A stretch of 20,038 bases of DNA from an uncultured Thermotogae bacterium (lineage in GTDB: Bacteria; Bipolaricaulota; Bipolaricaulia; UBA7950; UBA9294), in NCBI GenBank assembly GCA_964554715.1, contig CAZKPU010000022.1, positions 1 through 20,038 of the forward strand, in the 5' to 3' direction. This document shows, piece by piece, positions 1 to 5,457 of this stretch. The notes beneath the pieces are model-generated. The model did no database searches. It was not told where the DNA came from and saw nothing but the letters and a program-made list of their open reading frames with translations. Positions within the stretch are counted from its first letter, which is position 1. Every line of letters begins with the position of its first letter. Position numbers and translations under genes: made by a program.

Positions 1-693
1 CGAACCATCTGCATTCAGAACCAGTGTCCCATGGGTCACATCCGAGAGCAGTGACACCGATTCGCCGCCGTCGGGGACGGAGTCGTTGGCGATCACCCCC
101 GGGATGTTGACTGTGAGCGTTGTGTCTTCGGGGGTGGAGTAGTTGTCATTCACGGCATCCACCGGATCGTCGTCCGTGATGATCCGGCAGCTTGGACCAT
201 CCAGTGGGAAGCCTGAAATTCCACCGGATCCAGCTTTCGCACCGACCGAGACATCGCCGACGTCGTACCATTGATCCAACGTCAGCGTCACCGTCCGGAC
301 TTCTCCATCACTGTAGCCGGTGTCGAACTTGACGCCGTACACGCCTGTGAACTTGTCATCGGCAAGGATGTACGCTTCCGATGCGCTGACGATCTGGTCG
401 CCATTCATCGGGAAACATGACTTCGGCAAGCCCAACACCCAATGACTCAGTCCCGGCTGAGTCCCGGATTCTACGCGATAGCGCCACGTAGACGTGCCAT
501 CACTGTTGTACGTCACCGAAAGGAACGTGAAAGTGTGAGTGTCGACGACAAGGCTCGTCCCGGACAATGCCGGAAACGCCACAAACGCAGTCAACACAAC
601 CACAAAAAAAACGTAAGAAACATAATGAGGTAGATTGCGGTGAAATGAGGTAGTAGGTGAAGGTGCAAGATTCCCGAAGACCTTCGTATTCAT
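1..693 (-). CDS. Secreted/cell-surface protein with a cadherin-like (VCBS-type) repeat. N-terminal part only; the gene continues past the window start.
   Basis: The minus-strand reading frame is open from 693 to position 1 with no stop. ATG is at 691-693 (rc), with SD GGGGAGG 5 nt upstream. The N-terminus MNTKVFGNLAPSPTTSFHRNLPHYVSYVFFVVVLTAFVAFPALSGTS looks like a signal peptide. Downstream, ...DDDPVDAVNDNYSTPEDTTLTVNIPGVIANDSVPDGG matches the bacterial cadherin-like/VCBS repeat pattern. It is absent from the ORF track only because it lacks a stop inside the window. Confidence 0.7.
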   Translation of the reverse strand, partial: MNTKVFGNLAPSPTTSFHRNLPHYVSYVFFVVVLTAFVAFPALSGTSLVVDTHTFTFLSVTYNSDGTSTWRYRVESGTQPGLSHWVLGLPKSCFPMNGDQIVSASEAYILADDKFTGVYGVKFDTGYSDGEVRTVTLTLDQWYDVGDVSVGAKAGSGGISGFPLDGPSCRIITDDDPVDAVNDNYSTPEDTTLTVNIPGVIANDSVPDGGESVSLLSDVTHGTLVLNADGS

Positions 694-699
694 TATGCC

Positions 700-800
700 T
701 CCCCGACGGAACTACCAAGGCCTTGGCAGCTCGGCCACCTCAGGGAGGCCCGTAGCTTTGCGCCCCACTCTCGCGAGTGGTTTGCCGTTGTCAAGCCTGA
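700..800 (-). ncRNA. c-di-GMP-I (GEMM) riboswitch, copy 2, in the 5' leader of the cadherin-like protein gene. Its expression platform sequesters the SD.
   Basis: Minus-strand reading: cGGCAAACC-ACUCG-CGA-GAGUGGG-GCGCAAAGC-UACGGGCCU... The Vc2 riboswitch reads GGGCAAACC-AUUCG-AAA-GAGUGGG-ACGCAAAGC-CUCCGGCCU. Hairpin CCACUC-GCGA-GAGUGG (GNRA loop) is at 765-780. A 3' conserved block GGUGGCCGaGcUGCCA is shared with copy 1. Anti-SD CCUCCC (rc of 743-748) lies inside the aptamer and is complementary to SD GGGAGG (rc of 698-704). Confidence 0.7.
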
Positions 801-862
801 CGCGAGCTTCAAGCAGTTTGCCTTTCTCAGCGAGATAGTGGCGCTCTAGGTGTTGTCCTCCC

Positions 863-1186
863 TCACTTGTCCTCCGCGTTTCTCCCCTGAATGATCAGCG
901 CGCGCTCAATCGCGTCCGAGCTTGTCAGGGATTCCTCCAGAAGGATGTCGCCGAGGAGCTTATCGGTGAACTTGCTTTCTTGAAGCGTCAAACCCTTGGC
1001 GAGGTCGGCATGTGTCACCGCGCCAAGATCCAGGAGGATCTCACCCAGTCTCTTGTTGCGTTCGAAGTGCTCTTCCAGAATGGACAAGATGACGGCGCTG
1101 CGACTCTTCCTTTCCCGACGGCCTTTTTGGTCGACCTGCTCCATCAGATAGGCATCGTCCTGCGCGTAGTAGATCGTCGTTTGCAT
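863..1186 (-). CDS. Small regulator (107 aa). A ribbon-helix-helix (CopG/Arc/MetJ-like) DNA-binding domain is fused to a T2SSE_N/MshEN-like tandem c-di-GMP-binding motif.
   Basis: Likely start MQTTIYY... at 1184-1186 (rc). The upstream M at 1216 would lie inside the riboswitch terminator. RHH pattern: beta-strand TTIYYAQ, helix DDAYLMEQVDQKG, helix SRSAVILSILEEHF (cf. CopG SKSAMISVALENY). This is followed by RLGEILLDLGAVTHADLAKGLTLQ and LLGDILLEESLTSSDAIERALIIQ. Both fit the 24-aa MshEN motif RLGxx(L/V/I)(L/V/I)xxG(L/V/I)(L/V/I)xxxxLxxxLxxQ. Confidence 0.65.
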   Translation of the reverse strand: MQTTIYYAQDDAYLMEQVDQKGRRERKSRSAVILSILEEHFERNKRLGEILLDLGAVTHADLAKGLTLQESKFTDKLLGDILLEESLTSSDAIERALIIQGRNAEDK

Positions 1187-1206
1187 GCTACACACCCCTA
1201 TTCCTG

Positions 1207-1250
1207 CAAAACACAAGCGACCGCGTTGCCTCTCCTGGCAACCCGGCCAC
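1207..1250 (-). terminator. Intrinsic terminator/antiterminator switch forming the expression platform of riboswitch copy 1.
   Basis: Minus-strand sequence: GUGGCCGGGUUGCC-AGGAGA-GGCAACGCGGUCGC. The stem is about 14 bp (one mismatch, two G.U pairs) and is immediately followed by UUGUGUUUUG (rc of 1207-1216). The 5' arm is the conserved GGUGGCCGGGUUGCC segment of the aptamer. Confidence 0.5.
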
Positions 1251-1305
1251 CATCATAGGTCCGTAGCTTTGCGTCCCTACCTTCCGATAGGTTTGCCTTT
1301 TTCAG
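1207..1305 (-). ncRNA. c-di-GMP-I (GEMM) riboswitch, copy 1, in the 5' leader of the RHH-MshEN regulator gene. Its expression platform is an intrinsic terminator.
   Basis: Minus-strand reading: aGGCAAACC-UAUCG-GAA-GGUAGGG-ACGCAAAGC-UACGGACCU...GGUGGCCGGGUUGCC. Hairpin CCUAUC-GGAA-GGUAGG (GNRA loop; G.U wobble compensating relative to copy 2) is at 1276-1291. GGCAAACC is the rc of 1290-1297. The aptamer 3' strand overlaps the 5' arm of a terminator hairpin. Confidence 0.75.
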
Positions 1306-1326
1306 GTCCCGCTTCTAAGTGCCACC

Positions 1327-1355
1327 ATCATATACGAAACACTTAGAATCGTCAA
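1327..1355 (-). promoter_or_regulatory. Sigma70-like promoter driving riboswitch copy 1 and the RHH-MshEN gene.
   Basis: On the minus strand: TTGACG (rc of 1350-1355), a 17-bp spacer, then TATGAT (rc of 1327-1332). The predicted TSS at ~1320 is ~22 nt upstream of the aptamer GGCAAACC. Confidence 0.55.
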
Positions 1356-1461
1356 GTCTTTCATCATCGCTTGAGATTCTCTATTGTTAGCGGCGACAAG
1401 AGAGACGATCCCAACGATCTTTGCGGCATTCAGGTCGCGCCTCTATACTGAGCACCTGAAG

Positions 1462-4026
1462 ATGAACGACACAAGCCCGATGATGGAGCAGTACTGGAGA
1501 CTGAAATCGCAGCATCCTGGCGCGATCCTGTTCTTTCACCTCGGCGACTTCTACGAGACGTTCTTCGACGACGCAAAGACGGTCGCTTCGGAGCTGGACG
1601 TTGTGCTGACGGCACGAAACGGCAATCCCATGGCTGGTGTCCCTGTGCGAAGGGGGGAAGCCTACATCAACCGCCTGTTGAAGAAGGGCTACAAGGTCGC
1701 GATCTGTCAACAGGTAGAGAACCCGAAGAACGCGAAGGGACTGGTGAAACGCAGGATTGTCCGGGTTGCCACACCGGGAACGGTTCTTGACGAGGACGTG
1801 CTGGACGCCGGGACCAACAACTACTTGGTCGGGATCTTCTCGCAGGAAAAGCACGCACTGGCGGTTGCCGACCTCTCAACCGGCGAGTTTCGATGCACGA
1901 CAGGTCTTGACGAATCGGCGCTGGATGGCGAGCTGCATCGGCTGTCGCCGTCCGAGATCCTCGTTCCGGCTTCCTGGAGCCCAGAGAAGCTGCGGAAGCT
2001 CGACGATCTTCACGCCTCGACGAGCACCATTGAAGTAGATAAGTACGAAGCCCGAGAGATGCCGGCGCCCACAGAGGAGTTCCCGCGTGCTGCGCTTCGG
2101 GCGGCGGCGGCCGTGTACAACTACATCGTTGAGACGCAGAAGGAAGCAGCGCAACATCTCCGTCCGCTTCAGCTCTACTCCGTTGCCGACCACATGGATC
2201 TCGACCCATTCACGGTGCGCAGCATGGAGCTGATCCATCCGCTCCGGGACGGCGGCAAGAGGGGAACGATTCTCGGGGTCGTTGATCAAACCTGTACGAG
2301 CATGGGGCGTCGGCTGCTCCGGCGCCGCCTTCTTTCCCCGATGGTCGATCTACGAAAGATCACCCGGCGTCTGGATGCAGTGGAAGCGCTCGTGGGCGCG
2401 GAAATCCCGCGGCAGCAGCTGCGGGAGAGCATGAAGTCGGTTCGGGATCTGGAACGGTTGACGGGAAGGTTGGGATCCCATCGGATCCGGCCGATGGATG
2501 TCCTCCTCATCCAACGAACCCTCGAGCGAGTCCCCGAGATTGCCGGCCGGATTCCGGGCATTGACGCATGTGAAAAGACAGATGGGAAGACCACTCATTC
2601 GCGTGATGGGGAAGGTCGAGCATCGGAGAACCTCGCGGACGTGCACCGACGGTTGACGAGTTCGGCTGTCGGCGATCTCAGCGCTCTGCTGAAGAACATG
2701 CTGGTCGATCAGCCGCCGCAACACATCGGCGAGGGAGGGGTCGTCCGTGATGGCCATGATTCGACGCTCGACGGGCTACGAGCGGCGATTGCCAACACCA
2801 AAGAGAAGATCGCTGCGGTTGAAGGACGTGAGCGCGAGAAGACGGGGATCGGAACACTCAAAGTCGGCTACAACAAGGTGTTTGGCTACTACCTCGAGGT
2901 GACGCGCACGCATCTGGAGAAGGTGCCTCCGCGCTACCATCGTCGGCAAACCCTGTCCAACGCGGAACGCTTCACCATCGACGAACTCCATGGATTGGAG
3001 CAGGACATCGAGGAAAAGCAGGCGGCGGCGGTCGCACGTGAGAAGGAAATCTACGATGCGGCGGTGAACGAACTCACGCGGTCGATCCCCGAGCTCCAAA
3101 GCATCAGCGATGCACTCGCCGAGCTTGATGTTGCCTTGTCGCTGGCGCAGATCGCAGCTCGAGACGGCTACTCGAGGCCGACCTTCAACGATCGGGGCGA
3201 GATTCGGATTCGAGATGGACGACATCCTGTAGTGGAGCAAGTCGAGGAGTTCGTCCCTAACGATCTTGAGATGGACCGGAAGACCTCGCTTGTTGTTCTG
3301 ACCGGTCCCAACATGGCTGGCAAGTCCGTCTTCTTGAGACAGGCTGCAGTCATCTGTCTGCTGGCACAAGTCGGGTCGTTCGTACCGGCGCGGGAGGCGT
3401 CCGTACCGATCGTCGATCAGGTGTTTGCCCGCGTCGGCGCAAGCGACGCTCTTGCCGAGGGAATCAGCACGTTCATGATGGAGATGCTCGAAGTATCAAC
3501 GATCCTCGAGCGCGCTACATCGCACAGCTTGATCATTCTCGACGAGATGGGACGTGGGACAAGCACGTTTGACGGGATGGCGATCGCATGGGCGATTGCT
3601 CATGAGCTAGCCTCGCGGACCCAGGCGAAGACGCTCTTTGCCACGCACTATCACGAACTCACACAGCTCGCCGATGAACTCCCTTCGGTGAAGAACCTGC
3701 ACGTGACCGTGAAGGAACTCGGGGACCATGTGGTTTTCCTGCATCACGTCGAAGAAGGGATTGCCGAAGGAAGCTACGGAGTTCACGTCGCCCGGCTTGC
3801 GGGACTCCCCGTCAGGGTCACCGAAGAGGCGGACCGCATTCTCGGTTCCTTAAGGGATGAGGAGCCGCTCACTCGGTTCCAGCAGAACCGGACGCCGAAG
3901 CAGCCTCTTCCTTTGTTCGGCGCCGAAGACCACCCGGTTGTCAAAGAGATCCGCAGCATCGACACGGATCGTCTCACTCCGCTGGAAGCGCTGAACCTCC
4001 TTGTGCGGTGGAAGGAAACCCTGTAG
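1462..4026 (+). CDS. mutS: DNA mismatch repair protein MutS (MutS1).
   Basis: N-terminus MNDTSPMMEQYWRLKSQHPGAILFFHLGDFYETFFDDA aligns with E. coli MutS HTPMMQQYLRLKAQHP..FYRMGDFYELFYDDA. Walker A GPNMAGKS and ILDEMGRGTSTFDG are present. The C-terminal LEALNLLVRWKE is MutS-like. The ORF opens at 1384 (TTG), but homology places the start at ATG 1462. Confidence 0.95.
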   Translation: MNDTSPMMEQYWRLKSQHPGAILFFHLGDFYETFFDDAKTVASELDVVLTARNGNPMAGVPVRRGEAYINRLLKKGYKVAICQQVENPKNAKGLVKRRIVRVATPGTVLDEDVLDAGTNNYLVGIFSQEKHALAVADLSTGEFRCTTGLDESALDGELHRLSPSEILVPASWSPEKLRKLDDLHASTSTIEVDKYEAREMPAPTEEFPRAALRAAAAVYNYIVETQKEAAQHLRPLQLYSVADHMDLDPFTVRSMELIHPLRDGGKRGTILGVVDQTCTSMGRRLLRRRLLSPMVDLRKITRRLDAVEALVGAEIPRQQLRESMKSVRDLERLTGRLGSHRIRPMDVLLIQRTLERVPEIAGRIPGIDACEKTDGKTTHSRDGEGRASENLADVHRRLTSSAVGDLSALLKNMLVDQPPQHIGEGGVVRDGHDSTLDGLRAAIANTKEKIAAVEGREREKTGIGTLKVGYNKVFGYYLEVTRTHLEKVPPRYHRRQTLSNAERFTIDELHGLEQDIEEKQAAAVAREKEIYDAAVNELTRSIPELQSISDALAELDVALSLAQIAARDGYSRPTFNDRGEIRIRDGRHPVVEQVEEFVPNDLEMDRKTSLVVLTGPNMAGKSVFLRQAAVICLLAQVGSFVPAREASVPIVDQVFARVGASDALAEGISTFMMEMLEVSTILERATSHSLIILDEMGRGTSTFDGMAIAWAIAHELASRTQAKTLFATHYHELTQLADELPSVKNLHVTVKELGDHVVFLHHVEEGIAEGSYGVHVARLAGLPVRVTEEADRILGSLRDEEPLTRFQQNRTPKQPLPLFGAEDHPVVKEIRSIDTDRLTPLEALNLLVRWKETL

Positions 4027-4031
4027 GCGTC

Positions 4032-5072
4032 ATGAGTCAGCAACAAGCTTCGCAACAACAGAACGAGCCCTCGATTCAGCCGGCTGACGGTGCCGGGCAC
4101 ACTCCCGTGCTTGTCGATGCGGTCGTCCGCTACATGAACCCGCATCCCGGGGGGATCTACGTCGATGGAACCATCGGATTGGGGGGGCACTCTCGGGCGC
4201 TTCTGCGCGCGGAGCGGGATATCCGGATTCTTGGGATCGATCGCGACCAGGCTGCACTGGACTACGCCGCCAGGTGTCTTGAGGAGTGGAGGGATCGAGT
4301 CTCGTTCCATCACGAACGGTTCTCCGAGTTGTTGAACGTCCTGCAGGCGGAAAGCGTTCCATCGGTCGACGGTGTCCTGCTGGATGTGGGGGTTTCCTCG
4401 ATGCAGCTCGATACCGCAGAGCGCGGGTTCAGCTTCCGGCGCAATGGCCCTCTTGACATGAGAATGAACGAGCAAGACGAGGCAACGGCGGCGGAACTCA
4501 TCTGTTCCGCGAGTGAAGCAGAGCTTGCGCGTATCTTCCGCGATTTCGGCGAGGAACGGTTTGCCGCGAGAATCGCCCGTCACGTAGTCCGGGTTCGGCA
4601 AGAGAGAGCGATCGAATCGACCGCGGCGCTGGCGGAAACGATCAGCGATGCCGTCCCGAAACGGTTCCACGTTCCCGGGTTCCACCCGGCGACACGCTGT
4701 TTTCAAGCGCTTCGGATCGCCGTAAACGACGAGCTGTCGCAGCTGTCGGCGGGGCTCGAAGCCGCCTTCAACGCGCTCCATCCGGGCGGCGTCCTCGTGG
4801 TGATCTCGTTTCACTCGCTGGAGGATCGGCTTGTGAAGCAGTTCTTGCGTCACAAGGAGGCTTCATGCATCTGTCCGCCGGAGCTTCCTGTGTGCATGTG
4901 CAGCAAGCAGCAAGAGATGAAGCAGCTAACCCGCCGTCCGGTTGTGGCGGATGCTGCCGAGAAGGAGCGCAATCCAAGAGCTCGCAGCGCGAAGCTCCGA
5001 GCTGGCATCAAGCTGGCGGTTACCAACGATCCAAACGGAACCGACATGTGTCATCCTCCGGTGTGTCCGTAG
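4032..5072 (+). CDS. rsmH: 16S rRNA (cytosine1402-N4)-methyltransferase RsmH (MraW).
   Basis: HTPVLVDAVVRYMNPHPGGIYVDGTIGLGGHSRALL matches the RsmH N-terminal SAM-binding region (HxxVLLxE...GxYxDxTxGxGGHS). Typical RsmH length. The start could be ATG 4032 or GTG 4008, 6 nt after or overlapping the mutS stop (4024-4026). Confidence 0.9.
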   Translation: MSQQQASQQQNEPSIQPADGAGHTPVLVDAVVRYMNPHPGGIYVDGTIGLGGHSRALLRAERDIRILGIDRDQAALDYAARCLEEWRDRVSFHHERFSELLNVLQAESVPSVDGVLLDVGVSSMQLDTAERGFSFRRNGPLDMRMNEQDEATAAELICSASEAELARIFRDFGEERFAARIARHVVRVRQERAIESTAALAETISDAVPKRFHVPGFHPATRCFQALRIAVNDELSQLSAGLEAAFNALHPGGVLVVISFHSLEDRLVKQFLRHKEASCICPPELPVCMCSKQQEMKQLTRRPVVADAAEKERNPRARSAKLRAGIKLAVTNDPNGTDMCHPPVCP

Positions 5073-5091
5073 CTGCTAGGGTGGGGAAGCC

Positions 5092-5457
5092 ATGATGCAC
5101 TCTCGGAGAACAAACGGCCTTGACCGGAACGCTCGTCGCAACGTGCGCAGCCGGCGGCGCAGCACGCTGGACGTACGACGGTCGATCCCCGTTGTCCTTG
5201 TCGTGGCGGGGCTGGTGGTCGCACTGGGCTTGGCGTTCATCTACGTTCGGCAGAGTTCGGCGCTTCTTGCCCTGACCGCCGAGCGAGAAGAACTGCGTGA
5301 CACCTTGGATGCAACCCTGGAGCTAAGCAACGTGTTCGCCGATGAGCTGGCCCATCGTCATGCGTTACCGATCATCTCGGAGATTGCGCGGGATCGGCTG
5401 GGAATGGTGGAACCGGAAACCGTCCTGTATATCGTCCTCCAAGATGACCAACCCTAG
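5092..5457 (+). CDS. ftsL: Cell division protein FtsL (septum-formation initiator family).
   Basis: 121 aa. It has a basic N-terminus, a single TM (IPVVLVVAGLVVALGLAFIYV), a coiled-coil segment and C-terminal IARDRLGMVEPETVLYIV typical of FtsL/FtsB/DivIC. It sits between rsmH and a class B PBP. Confidence 0.7.
   Translation: MMHSRRTNGLDRNARRNVRSRRRSTLDVRRSIPVVLVVAGLVVALGLAFIYVRQSSALLALTAEREELRDTLDATLELSNVFADELAHRHALPIISEIARDRLGMVEPETVLYIVLQDDQP

Noticed and set aside
712-723. Perfect 12-bp palindrome CCAAGGCCTTGG, considered as an operator for the RHH regulator.
   Set aside because: It is better explained as part of the hairpin CUGCCAA-GGCC-UUGGUAG in the riboswitch expression platform. The equivalent position in copy 1 carries a different hairpin (GUUGCC-AGGAGA-GGCAAC). 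This is RNA-level rather than DNA-level conservation. A protein-binding role cannot be excluded.
785-790. TTGACA on the minus strand immediately 5' of GGCAAACC in riboswitch copy 2, considered as a -35 box.
   Set aside because: A promoter there would start transcription inside the aptamer and cut off the P1 5' strand. No acceptable -10 follows at 16-19 bp.
980-1258. 92-aa plus-strand ORF overlapping the RHH-MshEN gene and riboswitch copy 1.
   Set aside because: It lies antisense to a coherent protein and to the riboswitch terminator. It has no SD and its composition does not look like a protein.
1667-3369. Several long antisense ORFs inside mutS (1667..2209-, 1876..2289-, 2350..2757-, 2776..3369-).
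   Set aside because: They are Arg/Pro/Ser-rich, typical of alternative frames in GC-rich coding DNA. They have no start context, and they overlap a confidently identified mutS.
3783-4853. 356-aa ORF antisense to the mutS 3' end and rsmH.
   Set aside because: Low-complexity Arg-rich translation. It spans two well-supported genes on the other strand.
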